DNA from: Lytechinus pictus
Taxonomy: Eukaryota
Direction: 5' to 3'
DNA length: 64,000 nt
Assembly: GCF_037042905.1 (NCBI RefSeq)
Contig: NC_087252.1
Span: forward strand, 6,264,001-6,328,000
Positions 37,103-49,464 of the stretch are shown in pieces. Both the position numbers and the translations under genes were made by a program. Under the pieces are notes generated by a model that saw nothing but the letters and a program-made list of their open reading frames with translations, was not told the DNA's origin and did no database searches. The stretch's first letter is position 1, and each line of letters opens with the position of its first letter.

Positions 37103-38170
37103 ATTGAAATAAATCACAAAAGATCGCAATATTTATTTTTGAATTCTATTATATCTTCAATATCCCCATAATGTATAACAAGGTTTGATCCCCCCCCCCT
37201 TGGAAACCGTAGTTTACATATTGAATTTTTTTCTTTAAGTGTATGCCTTATATGTTTAATGATCTATGTGTTCATATGCATGTGTTTGGTTCTTTATAAA
37301 CTTGAAAATTTAAGTGATCAGTTATTATGATTATGTTATCTGAAATTGTCAATACTTTTATTCAAAGGCGCTCATCATTAACGGGGAGATAATCAAGGGT
37401 TTAAAACCAGATTTGATGCCATTTAATCAAAGAGAAAGTCAAGATGAGGTGTTGGTATTACAGGGGTATCATTATTTTTTGCATCCGGCGCAGCGTCTTA
37501 AGTCAAGACGCTGTCCCCTGATGCAAAAAAAAACTCTTCACGTCAGACTTTCATCTGGACCAGACTGGTGACATCAGTGTACGGAGTAAGATGGGGATCA
37601 TGAGGGTAACTGGTATTTCTCACTTTCATTTTTCTGTGATTACTGATGCATACCTTACATTGAACAAGCGTTTGGTGTTTTAATTACGACCTTAAACCAT
37701 TGGGCCATTGTCATCTGAATGCCAGATTTTTGTCAACATTACCATAAGGCTCACTATTGTTTTATCCATCTAATGATATAACTTGACTAGTCTGCGTCTT
37801 TCATGCAGAAAATAATTCATCACAGAAGGTCTTGCTGGGTTTTTTATCACTATTATTACAACTTTCGATCATTATTACTTTTATTTTTATCAATGTGTAA
37901 GTTTAATCATAAACAATTGATTCGGTTGGCCTTTGCACCTGAACGGCCAATTTGTGATTATTATCGTTATTGTTTTATTTTTTCCAGCAAATTCCTTGTT
38001 TATATATCCTAAATTGTTACATATTTATTTTTGTTTTAATTCATTAATAAACCTTCCGGGCGATAATATAAATATGATCATTTCAATGGATACCAGTACA
38101 CTAGCTAGTGTCTTGCACCAGACACGTTTATCTTGACGTTCTGAAGTATAGAGCTATCCTGTGAAGCAGT

Positions 38171-39632
38171 ATGAAGCTGTTTATCTCATTTTTGGCGTTG
38201 ATGATACTGGCTTGTGGGGAGGTCAGCAGCAGTTCTTCTAGATCTTCCTCTGGATCTTCTTCTGGATCTTCTTCCGGATCTTCTTCGGGATCTGGAGAAC
38301 GGCCTGCTCCACAACCCGCTCCGGCACCTGCTCCACAACCCGCTCCCGCACCTGCTCCACAACCCGCTCCACAACCAGCTCCTGCACCTGCTTCGCAAAC
38401 TGCTCCACAACCTGCTCCCGTGCCTGCTCCACAACCTGCTCCAGCCCCTGCACCCGCCCCACAACCTGTTCCGGCACCTGCTCCACAATCTGCTCCAGCA
38501 CCTGCTCCTCAACCCGCTCCGGCACCTGCTCCACAACCCGCTCCGGCACCTGCTCCACAACCCGCTCCGGCACCTGCTCCACAACCAGCTCCGGCACCTG
38601 CTCCACAACCCGCTCCGGCACCTGCACCCGCCCCACAATCTGCTCCAGCACCTGCTCCACAACCCGCTCCGGCACCTGCTCCCGTGCCTGCTCCACAACC
38701 TGCTCCAGCCCCTGCACCCGCCCCACAACCTGCTCCGGCACCTGCTCCACAATCTACTCCAGCACCTGTTCCACAACCCGCTCCGGCACCTGCTCCACAA
38801 CCCGCTCCGGCACCTGCTCCACAACCCGCTCCGGCACCTGCTCCACAACCAGCTCCGGCACCTGCTCCACAACCTGCTCCAGCCCCTGCACCCGCCCCAC
38901 AATCTGCTCCAGCACCTGCTCCACAATCTGCTCCAGCACCTGCTCCACAACCCGCTCCGGCACCTGCTCCACAACCCGCTCCGGCACCTGCTCCACAACC
39001 AGCTCCGGCACCTGCTCCACAACCTGCTCCAGCCCCTGCACCCGCCCCACAATCTGCTCCAGCACCTGCTCCACAATCTGCTCCAGCACCTGCTCCACAA
39101 CCCGCTCCGGCACCTGCTCCACAACCCGCTCCGGCACCTGCTCCCGTGCCTGCTCCACAACCTGCTCCAGCCCCTGCACCCGCCCCACAATCTGCTCCAG
39201 CACCTGCTCCACAATCTGCTCCAGCACCTGCTCCACAACCCGCTCCGGCACCTGCTCCACAACCCGCTCCGGCACCTGCTCCCGTGCCTGCTCCACAACC
39301 TGCTCCAGCCCCTGCACCCGCCCCACAACCTGCTCCGGCACCTGCTCCACAATCTGCTCCAGCACCTGCTCCACAACCCGCTCCGGCACCTGCTCCACAA
39401 CCCGCTCCGGCACCTGCTCCACAACCCGCTCCGGCACCTGCTCCACAACCAGCTCCGGCACCTGCTCCACAACCCGCTCCGGCACCTGTTCCACAACCAC
39501 CCCTGGGACCTGTTCCACAACCACCCCTGGGACCTGCTCCTCAACCCGCTCCGGCACCTGCTCCCCAACCCGCTCCGGCACCTGCTCCACAACCAGCTCC
39601 GGCACCTGCTCCTGCACCGGACCCAACGATAG
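38171..39632 (+). CDS. Coding exon 1 of a secreted proline-rich HYR-domain (hyalin-related) protein: signal peptide, Ser/Gly linker and (PQPAPAPA)n
   Basis: ATG at 38171 in gcagtATGa context. MKLFISFLALMILACGEVSS is a typical signal peptide. Open frame of 487 codons, ending at a phase-1 donor ATAG|GTAAG. Confidence 0.88.
38302..39620 (+). repeat. Coding minisatellite, 24-bp basic unit with higher-order blocks
   Basis: Tandem units of cctgctccacaacccgctccggca; all length variants keep the reading frame. Confidence 0.97.
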
Positions 39633-40006
39633 GTAAGAATGGCCTTTTTATTAAAGGTTCCGGACTTAGAAACCCCGAGTACCCAAATCGATTATAACTT
39701 AATCTCGTGAATTTGAAATGAATTCAGATCGGTTGAGAATTGCACGTGATCTTGCATACTGGAATTGTATTTAGATCTTAATCATTTTTATTTGAATTGT
39801 TGAAGATTATCAGAAAAATGTGGGGGAATCCTATAGGGAGTGATGATGCGAGGATGCAATCCTGATGTGGGAGATACGGACCCGATATTCAGTTACCATT
39901 GATAACTATGAATGGATTTCCCCCCCGGGTTCTATAGTTCCCATATGCACAATTCAAATAGCCGGAACAGATATTGATGGCTCCATTTTTAGTCGAGCGT
40001 CTTTAA

Positions 40007-40590
40007 AGGTCAAGTCCACCCCATTGATTTGAATAAATCGAGAAAATCAAACTAGCATAACACTGAAAATTTCATCAAAATCGGATGTATAAATAAGAAA
40101 GTTATGACAGTTTAAAGTTTTATTTTTCACAAACATTGATATGCACAACTCGGTGACATGCAAATGAGACAGTCGATGATGTCCCTCACTATTTATTTTG
40201 TTTTTTATTGTTTGAATAATATAATATTTCATTTTTTACAGATTTGACAATAAGGACCGACTTGACTGAACCGTATTGTATTGAACAATGCTTATTCCAC
40301 ATGTTCAGGGGGAATAAATCGTTGTTTCACTTGACAATCGGGAGAAAATTAGAATATTTCATGTTTCATACAATAAAATACAAAAGAAAGAGTGAGTGAA
40401 TGACGTCATCAGTCTCCTAATTTGCATACCGATCAGGATGTGCATATAACTGCTTTATGAAATTAAGCAAAACTTTAAAATGTCATAACTTTCTTATTTT
40501 ACATCCGATTTTGATGAAATTTTCAGTGTTATGTTTGATGGATTTTTCTCTTTTTATTCAAATCAATTTTTGTTGGGGTGGACTTGTCCT
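40007..40590. mobile_element. Kolobok-type non-autonomous element in intron 1
   Basis: Ends TTAA|aggtcaagtccacccc and ggggtggacttgtcct|CTAA. Inner inverted repeats cactgaaaatttcatcaaaatcggatgta / acatccgattttgatgaaattttcagtg. Confidence 0.8.
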
Positions 40591-41891
40591 CTAAGATGCA
40601 GAATAGAGAATATGCTTCGCGCTTTTATCTATTCGTACCTCCCCCCCCCCCCCCCCTTCCACTCCGGGGTCGGAGGGACCGCATGTGTATTCCCAAAATG
40701 TACGGTAAAGGGGTCCTTTTTCGCGAGGACAAGTCCGACCTGCTAATTGTAAAAAAAAGGGGTGTTTTTGACTTTTCACCCGGAGATTTCTTTTTAAAAA
40801 GGGGTGTTTTTTTTTTCTTTCTCTCTCTCTTTGGACTCCTGAGAAATTTGAAAAGGGGGTTATAAAATATCTTGAATATCATACAAACATTGATCAAATT
40901 CCTGAAATTCCTGCTAATGTTGAAAGCACATTCAGGATTATTTCATTTTGAAAGTTAAAAACATAGTCCCCCACGATCGACTCGATAGTACGGACTTCTC
41001 GAAATCTGCAAGAGAGATAACATCCCCGGGTATTGATGTTATCCCATTGTGATTCTGTTTACAAGTGATAACGGAAAGTAACAAATGCTGACACTGCTAT
41101 TAACAGGACTTACCATTAACAAACATTTATGTCATGAGATTCTCATTTTTGGGGGGTTTCTTATGACTGCATTGAGTTCTGAGATCTCATTTTGAACATC
41201 AAAAGCTTTCCTAAGGTATAGAGAGTTCCCACAAGCAGCCATAATGGAGGAGAAACGATAAAACCCTGTGCATCAGACTGAAAAGTCATTGTTTTCATGG
41301 TTTTGCTATTGTTTTGTCCTCCATCATGACATCAGGGAACCTCTATCTATTGTAATGACAGCTTACCTGAGATGAAGGGGGGGGGGGTGTCCAGAGATGG
41401 GGGGTTGGAATGAGAGCTCACCTGAGATAGGGGGGGTACATGAGCAGTGTTCCGGATTTAAGGGGGTCTCCAGGGCAGGAACAGCCCGCGAAAAGGGGTA
41501 TTCAGAAATTTTGGCAGACATGAGATAGGGGGTGATTACAAATGGAGGGAACGAGCATATATAGGCCTAGATGTACCCTAAATAACACTGAGGGGGGGGG
41601 GGGTCGTACCCAAACGTAGGCCTATATGGATGGGCTACTTTTTAAATGGTCTGCAGCTAGGCTAAGGCCTATCGAAACGATGTTCTCTATAGATCATAAC
41701 TGACAAGCATCATTCAAACAATAGACTATTAAATTGTACGGTTAACGCATATTAGAGGAAAAACATGTATCATCATTTAAAAAATAAATTCACTAGTGTA
41801 ATTACATTAATCATTCATTAAAGGAGCCAAATATCGAGTGCAGTTGAAATCACAACACTTTTTTTACGCTCCCCTTTGCCATTCTCCGCAG

Positions 41892-42128
41892 CCACACCGA
41901 GCATTACAAACTGTCCATCTGATAAGATCGTCAAGCATGCCGGTACCGGAGAATCGGCGACTGTGACCTGGCCTGAGCTGCAGACCTCTGGTTTTTCTGT
42001 GACGCCGAAGATCTACTCTTCTAAAGAGTCAGGGTCTATGTTTCCGGTTGGTGACACAACTGTTGTTGCTACAGCCTTCGCAGTCCCGCAGGCTGCTGTC
42101 TGTACGTTTACAGTTGAAGTCACGACTG
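41892..42128 (+). CDS. HYR domain exon 1 (phase 1-1, 237 bp)
   Basis: Acceptor ccgcag|. Reads ATPSITNCPSDKIV...ATVTWPELQTSG...SGSMFPVGDTTVVATA...AVCTFTVEV, fitting the HYR consensus P.I..CP.D.....V.W..P....SGS.FP.G.T.V.Y.A.....C.F.V.V. Donor G|GTGAGT. Confidence 0.92.
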
Positions 42129-42149
42129 GTGAGTATGAAATGCAGATGA

Positions 42150-42987
42150 CAGGGATGGATCCAGCCTTCGTCAATAGGGGGGGGGGCTCGAAATGGGTTT
42201 TTTTTCACCCACCTTTTCCCCGATCGGCCGCTCAAAGTAGATTTTTTTTCTTTCTTTAAAGGGGTTAGTCCTATACAGACACTATTTAGCTTTATTCTTA
42301 TAAAACTACATAAACATGTGATAATCTCATAGCCGTATTTAAATAGTGCGAGCGCGAAGCGCGAGCTATTTTTTTATTTCGTGTATTTTGTCCTGGAAAT
42401 TGAACATTCTGGGCAATGTTTGTGATCCTAAACAAGATGCGTATGTAACTAGATTATCCCTGCGAGCGCGAAGCATGAGTATAATTTTTTTATCCAAGCC
42501 CAGGTTATCTTAAAATGACCTGTTACGGGCTGCTTTCAGTTAGCCATGAAGACGATCTTTCAACAATTAAATAATACGAGCGCGAAGCGCGAGCGAAAAA
42601 AAATGACATTGCCATTCTAAGCACTTTTTGTAATCATGAACGGGTAGGTATATAGCTAAGCAATTGACGCGAGCGCGAAGTGCGAGCTGAAAAAAACGAG
42701 ATTTCAGACCTCAAAACGGGAAACTTTATTTATGTTTTCTGAATCATGAAAAGGATGGGTAATGGGGTATATTCCCACATTGATAATGCGAGTGCGGAGC
42801 GCGAGCAGAAAATTGGGACTCGGTGGTGGATCCGACGGATAGGGGTGCACTGCTGGACCCAGGCCCCCTCCTGCCACCCGGCCCCTGGAGAATGATAAAA
42901 AAAATCGGGAGTGAAGACCCTTATTTCGACTTCAGCTGTTTGTCAGACCTCCCCCGCCATTTCGGAAGATCTTTAATCCGCCCCTGC
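42150..42987. mobile_element. CAGGG(G)CGGATCC-family MITE(s) with gcgagcgcgaagcgcgagc repeats
   Basis: Starts cagggatggatccag and ends taatccgcccctg, with about five gcgagcgcgaagcgcgag motifs about 110-130 bp apart. Related short elements lie near 7705, 10605, 30833 and 31605. Confidence 0.5.
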
Positions 42988-43075
42988 TTGGACTTCATAG
43001 CTGATAATACTAAACCCCCAAGACAGGCCTGAAATTATGGTGCCATGAGAAATGATATTCATATTTCAATCGTTG

Positions 43076-43274
43076 CACTCTAAAAAAAGGTTTACCCAAT
43101 ATTGGGTAAAATGGGAACATGCATGTTGCTTGGATAAAAAGATACCAATTATTTTGTAAATTTTACGCCATGTTGCGTTGAAATAGCCCAATATGGGGTA
43201 AAAAGAAATACACAGCAAACATGCATGTTCCCTTTCTACTCAATATTAGGTACAAGTTTACTGTTTTTTTAGTG
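43076..43274. mobile_element. CACT-terminus MITE
   Basis: Ends TG|cactctaaaaaaa and tttttttagtg|TG. Inner inverted repeat gggaacatgcatgtt / aacatgcatgttccc. Confidence 0.65.
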
Positions 43275-43975
43275 TGATAGCGGGATGTGTGGATTCAAAG
43301 GCATGGTCATTCCCGATTCACACTTGCTAAATCTACCGTTTTGGGCGGTAGTCTACCGTTTTGTATTCATGATTTTTTTTTCTATCTACCACTTTTTCAC
43401 TTTCTTTTCAATACGTTTTCACAAAAATTTTCTCAATATACACGACAAAATGTATGCGATAATGTTTCCCAAACTCATAAGATCTGTTTTAGACCGTAAT
43501 ATACCCCCAATATACCAGCATTTATATGCCTTGTTTCTATCCCACTTTGTATGATACCACATTATGGTGTTTTTGGAGGCGTAGAGGGGTACGGGTGGCT
43601 CGTAAAAAAATAAAGCGTTATTTACTCGAGATCGAGAACCAGTAGAAACTTCTCACTCATGCGCAAAGCATAGGTTCATGAACTACTCAAGAATAATGAC
43701 GGATAAAGCGACAACTAAAAAACAAAGGATTGTTTGAGACAATACGTAAAGAGTAGCAATTTAATAGAAAGCAAGTTAATAAAAAAAATAAACTGCATTG
43801 AAAAAAATCTTTAAAAGGTAAGGGATATATTTGCAATCGAGTAGAATTTAGTTTACAATTTAATTTTGATGTATTTTTTCAAATATGATGGTATACACAG
43901 GGGCCGCGGAACGGTTTTCAAAGTGGGGGGGGGGGGGCTGAGCATGCAAAAAATCAAAATCATATGGCCGTTTTT

Positions 43976-44928
43976 GTCTCACCTGCATAGCAGAGTGAGA
44001 CTATAGGCGCCGCTTTTCCGACGGCGACGGCGGCGGCGGCGTCAACACCAAATCTTAACCTGAGGTTAAGTTTTTGAAATGACAGCATAACTTAGAAAGT
44101 ATATGGACCTAGTTCATGAAACTTGGCCATAAGGTTAATCAAGTATTACTGAACATCCTGCCTGAGTTTCATGTCACATGACCAAGGTCAAAGGTCATTT
44201 AGGGTCAATGAACTTAGACCATGTTGGGGGAATCAACATCAAAATCTTAACCTAAGGTTAAGTTTTTGAAATGTCATCATAACTTAGAAAATATATGAAC
44301 CTAGTTCATGAAACTTATACATAAGGTTAATCAAGTATCACTGAACATCCTGCATGAGTTTCACGTCACATGACCAAGGTCAAAGGTCATTTAGGGTCAA
44401 TGAACTTTGGCCGAATTGGGGGTATCTGTTGAATTACCATCATAACTTTGAAAGTTTATGGATCTGATTCATGAAACTTGGACATAATAGTAATCAAGTA
44501 TTACTGAACATCCTGTGCAAGTTTCAGGTCACATGATCAAGGTCAAAGGTCATTTAGGGTCAATGAACTTTGGCCAAATTGGGGTATTTGTTGAATTACA
44601 GCCATAAATTTGAAAGTGTGTTGGTCTAGTTCATAAAACTTGGACATAAGAGTAATCAAGTATCACTGAACATCCTGTGCGAGTTTCAGGTCACATGATC
44701 AAGGTCAAAGGTCATGTAAGGTCAAAGAACTTTGGCCACGTTGGGGGTATTTGTTGAATTGCCATCATATCTCTATAAGTGTATTGGTCTAGTTCATAAA
44801 ACGTGGAAATAAGAGTAACCAAGTATCACTGAACATCTTGTGCGAGTTATAGTAGTTTTCAAAATCAGCACTGCTGCTATATTGAATCGCGTGATGCAGG
44901 TGAGACGGCCAGAGCCATTCCACTTGTT
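43976..44928 (+). mobile_element. Helentron-associated non-autonomous element (HINE/DINE-1/Tsp-like), apparently full length, in intron 2
   Basis: Inserted at a T run. Subterminal inverted repeat gtctcacctgca (43976) / tgcaggtgagac (44895-44906). (GGC)n microsatellite, about 4.5 tandem units of 162-192 bp, 3' end cacttgTT. It splits a MITE that begins caggggccgcggaac at about 43898. Confidence 0.8.
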
Positions 44929-45284
44929 ACGTTTTTGTACACGGTTTTGGAAAAAAAAAGTAGGGGGCTGAAGCCCCCCCCCCCCCCCTGATACAGCATC
45001 TTTCTAAATTGCGATGATCGATGTATGCTTTTTTTCCTCGTATGTAAAATTTTGTAATTCCGAGTCGGCCTTTTGACCGCAAGTGATATTTGTAAATCAA
45101 ACCTTTCCCCTTCTTTTCTCTGACTTTTCAATTCTTCTCTTCTATTCCATTTCATTTCATTCTATTCCATTCCGTTCTGTTCCATTTCTTTCCTTCATAT
45201 TCCATACGTTCTATCCATTCTATTCTATTCCGTTCTATTCCATTATTTCCATTTCTTTCCGTTCTGTTGTGTTCTGTGCTACAG

Positions 45285-45518
45285 ACAAACCAACGATTTC
45301 GAACTGCCCCGAAAACATCCAGCAAACCCTTCCGTCTGGACAGACTGAGGTTGCCGTTAGTTGGACGCCCCCTACGGCCACACTTCCTCTTGGGCAGCTC
45401 TATTTTGCTCCAAATTTGAATCCTGGGACCGAGTTAAGTGCTGGGACTTCAACTGTCGTGTACACAGCAGTTGACGCTCAAAGAAACTCAGCCGTATGCT
45501 CCTTTACCGTAACAATCA
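45285..45518 (+). CDS. HYR domain exon 2 (phase 1-1, 234 bp)
   Basis: Acceptor ctacag|. Reads DKPTISNCPENIQQTLPSGQTEVAVSWTPPTA...NPGTELSAGTSTVVYTAVDAQRNSAVCSFTVTI. Donor A|GTGAGT. In frame with the previous exon. Confidence 0.92.
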
Positions 45519-45649
45519 GTGAGTATATATATATTCATGGAGGTAACAATTAAGGAAACATGTCGCGTGTCCAGGGTATACAAAAGAGGATGCCCCTTTT
45601 TAACAAAATATATATATTTACATGCCCGCCCCCCCAAAAAAAAATATAT

Positions 45650-45905
45650 ATTAATAATAATAGTAGTAGTAGTAGTAACAACAGCAACAACAATATAACA
45701 ATACTAGTAACGATGATCAGATGATGATAATATACTATAATAATGATGATGATGATGATAATAATAATAATGATGATAATTGCAATACTAATCATAATAA
45801 TGATTATGATAATGACAGTAATGATGAAGAGGAAGAATAAGAAGTAGAAGAAGAGGAGGAAGGAGAAGAAAAAGAAAAGGGAAAAAGAAGACGAAGAAGA
45901 AGACT
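45650..45905. repeat. Low-complexity trinucleotide tract (AAT/AGT/GAT/GAA)
   Basis: Read directly from the sequence. Confidence 0.85.
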
Positions 45906-46358
45906 TCCCCTTTAATAATGTTTAGAATAATTAATAACCTTATTATAAGACTCATGTTATTTTCATATCCGTTACTATGCATTTTTTATCAACATTTGTA
46001 TTAGATTTGTTATGTTTTCTCGTAGTCATCACCTAGTCTGCAGGCACAGACCCCTCGTTTGTGCAATTCACGTACATGTAGTGTATATGATGCAGTCTGA
46101 AGAAGTGAGACTAGATTCACTATGTGACTGGCAGAGAGTTTGGCGTCTACAAAAATGTGTAGTCGTCACTCAAGATAGGGTAATTGATTAGTGTCAAATA
46201 TGAATCCGTGCTTGCATGTAGACTAATTATTGTCGCAGGTATGATGATCACAGTGTTATTGCTATATCAGCGTTATCACTTTTTGTTAGTATTATTATCA
46301 TGATTATTATCGTGATTATTATCATGTTTTATGCCATTGTTATCGATATCATTCTTAG

Positions 46359-46366
46359 CGGCTTAG
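46359..46366 (+). CDS. Candidate terminal coding part of a 28-bp micro-exon (46359-46386) of the HYR gene
   Basis: attcttag|CG GCT TAG completes a phase-1 codon (Thr-Ala-stop) and is followed by a strong donor CAG|GTAAGA at 46386. This would give a protein of about 646 aa. Confidence 0.35.
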
Positions 46367-46493
46367 AACAACAGAACGGGTGACAGGTAAGATTCGGCAT
46401 GTATTTATTTTGATGTTGATGGTGGTGGTAATAAACATGAGGATGATGGTAGTGGTGGTGGTGGTGTTGGCGGTGGTAGTGATGGTGGTGGTG

Positions 46494-46732
46494 CACAGCA
46501 AAAACTGTGGTGTTAACCGGTGTACATAGAGGACCACATCAGTTATTTTACACCGGTGTTAAATTGACAGTGTTATTTTAACACCTATAGGTGTTATTGC
46601 AACACCATTGGTTGTTACATTTACACTATTTGGTCTTATGGTAAATCTCGAGGGTGTAATTTTAACACCTCAGGGTGTGGTCCTCTATTAACACCAACTG
46701 GTATCAGTTTTAACACCACAATTTTAACAGTG
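46494..46732. mobile_element. CACT-type MITE (inverted copy of 33957-34195) inserted in a (GGT/GAT)n tract
   Basis: Ends TG|cacagcaaaaactgtgg and caattttaacagtg|TG. Confidence 0.8.
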
Positions 46733-47340
46733 TGGTGGTGGTGGGGGGTGGTAGTGATGATAGTGATGACGATGATGATGATGATGATGACAATGATGAG
46801 GATGATCATGAGTATGGTTGTCGTGGTGTTGGGGATGATAGTGATGGTAGTGGTGGTAAACTTAAGGCTTGCAACATTTACTCGTGTAATCACGTCACGG
46901 TGCACTATCACATTTCGAGTACTTTCGTAAAAACGTGTCCTCTATAATCTACGAAGAGTAGGGATTACACTAATATTTGTACACTGGTAAATCACGAAAA
47001 GTCACAGTTTTTGCTCTTATTTTGACACGAATCTTTACACACTTTTGTTCACAATTTTTTTTAAAGATTTTTTATGACGTCCCACGCCAAAATGCACCCA
47101 CAAAATAAACTTTCCTGTAATCATTTCAATTTTGCAAAGTGGTAACCTATGTTTAATATCCGATCGTAACCTGCCATTTGTGTTTCTGTAAATTTTTGCA
47201 TTTTCGCCAAACGAGAGAAATTCCGGCCGTGTCCCATGGAACCCTTGTGGTTTTCAGATTTGATTCACAAAGTACCCCTGCCCTGCGAATGGCCATATAC
47301 CGTGCGAGGATGTTAGTCTGTTCTCAATGAGTAATTCGCG

Positions 47341-47941
47341 CCCGGGAGGGGGGGCGCTTCCATTGACGAGTGGATACCATGCGCGACCATGGGGTATCGA
47401 AAAGCAACCTAAACAAGTATTTTTCATATTTCTGAAAATGCACCCCTTAACAAGTATTAATTGGCGTGCGAAACCCGGGGCGAAACCCTATCCTTAACAA
47501 GTATTGGAAACAAAACGATACTCTTCCTGAATTGAACCCCTAAACAAGTACAGCAATATTTTAATTGCTATGTCACGGATGTCGGTCGTCGGTCTTACCT
47601 TTACCTAATTAATGTACATCATTGGCATGATTGGTTATAAGTACGGCCCCAGCTCCCACACCTCGCGCAAATCGTACTCTATACACGTAGTGTTGACTGT
47701 TGGGGCAAAAATTGCATCCTTTATAAAACATTTGGGGGGGGGGCTATACCCTCGCAAATTTGACCCTAAACACGTAGCTTTCCTAGCAAAATAGATACCC
47801 CTTTTTCATTATGTTAGTGTTTTTGACTCCCTTATTACATTACGTACGTAACGTGCCCTATCTTGAAAAAGACATCCTTTTTATGTGTTTTTTGGTCGCT
47901 CATGTTATCCACTTGTCAATATAAGTGCCCCCCCCCCAGGG
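47341..47941 (-). mobile_element. Inverted copy of the 28622-29197 TIR element
   Basis: Same TIR cattgacgagtggataccatgcgcgacc; the interior is the reverse complement (e.g. tacgtacgtaacgtgcccta). Confidence 0.8.
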
Positions 47942-49350
47942 GAGTAATGACAATTCACTTTTATTCTGTTAACGTTACGTGATGATTCATGTATTGATTG
48001 TAACATTTCACCGAATTGTTGGGTCACATAATCCAACACTTCGTAGATTTGGGGAATGTTTTTTACGTATGTATACGCAAAACGTGATAGCGCGCCGTTA
48101 CGTACTTACGTGAGTAAACGTTGGAAGCCGCGGTGGTATAACAGCGATGATGAGACGGTGAATAAGATGACGAATAACAATGACCATGATGGTTGTTGGT
48201 TGGTGTTGTGATTACAATAAATTATTTTAAAGAAGTAACAGAAATGTAAGCCTATAAAAATATTTTTTGTATAAAACTGGAAGACTATAGGAACGAGGAG
48301 GAGGATGGTAATAAAGTCAATTGGCGGCAAATAACAGACATGGGCCCGTAACACAAAGCTTAGCACTAGCGTACCTACGGGGGGGGGGCAGAGGGGGAAG
48401 AGTCACAACCCATGCAAGGGACATATCCCTGACCCCCCCCCCCCCCCCCCCCCCCCCCGACGAGTCTTGAAGACTTTTTTTTTTTTTTTGTCTGGTACGA
48501 ATTTATTTGTGGTTGAAGACAAGACCTTTTTTATTTATTTTTTTGCTTGTCAATTTTTTTGGCGGACGAATTTGCCCCCCCCCCCCTGTGGAAAATCCTA
48601 GGTACGCCACTGAAGCTTAGTAATGATCGTAGAACATTTTTCTACGATTGATTGCATCGACTACAATGTACAATCAATCTTGAAAATCAAGCTTGCGATT
48701 AATCGCTAACCTTGGTGTTACGGGACCCAGTAGTAATTATTACCACACCTCCCTTTCTTTAAAAAGATTGACATACACATAACTTCTTAAACTACAGATC
48801 TGGACAAGCTACCTGTACACTTACAACAGTACTAAGGGATTATTCTGCCCCTTAAAGCTGGGGTACTTTCGCTTTTGAATATTTTAACACATAATATCAC
48901 AGAGGTAACATACAATCTTAATGTGCTGATATTCCTGGAAACATTCCTTCTTCTCCAATCACTAATAATTATATAACATTATTTTCATTACAGAACTTGT
49001 TCCATTAATCTTGGAGTTTTTTTGCATCTTCATTATACATCATCAATCATCATCTTCATCACGTCGACCTGCGCACCGTATAAAATGTTATACTTCTATC
49101 TTGGATTTTAATAATTATAGGAGCAGTATGGCACTATCGTCTCTCTCTATATCACTATTTGGTGATTATACTGCCATATTCATTTTTTTTTCATTCTCTC
49201 TCTCTTAATGAAACTATCTATCACCTTTAACATGTTTAAATTACGTAATTTTATATACAATTTATGTCAATCCAAGTCATTTTAACTTGTTGGTGATAAT
49301 TAGATAATTAGAGTCCCAAAACGAGTTTCTTATTTGTTGAATCAATTAAA

Positions 49351-49389
49351 GATTGATTGATTGATCGATAGAGTGAGTGAGTGAGTGAG

Positions 49390-49464
<75 letters not shown>

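Noticed and set aside
38186..39632. Long overlapping ORFs (468 aa WSRCRSGL, 472 aa LLHNPLRH, and 170 and 290 aa VEQVPERV)
   Set aside because: Shadow frames of the 24-bp coding repeat, which lacks stops in several frames. Only the frame starting at 38171 has a signal peptide and a donor in phase with the HYR exons.
39633..39697. Tail of the 508-aa ORF (KNGLFIKG...)
   Set aside because: It lies after a consensus GTAAG donor and is read-through into intron 1.
48994..49208. Open frame after the acceptor at 48993, in phase with HYR exon 2
   Set aside because: The translation (KLVPLILEFFCIFIIHHQSSSSS...) has UTR-like composition and no recognisable domain. It cannot be excluded without transcripts.
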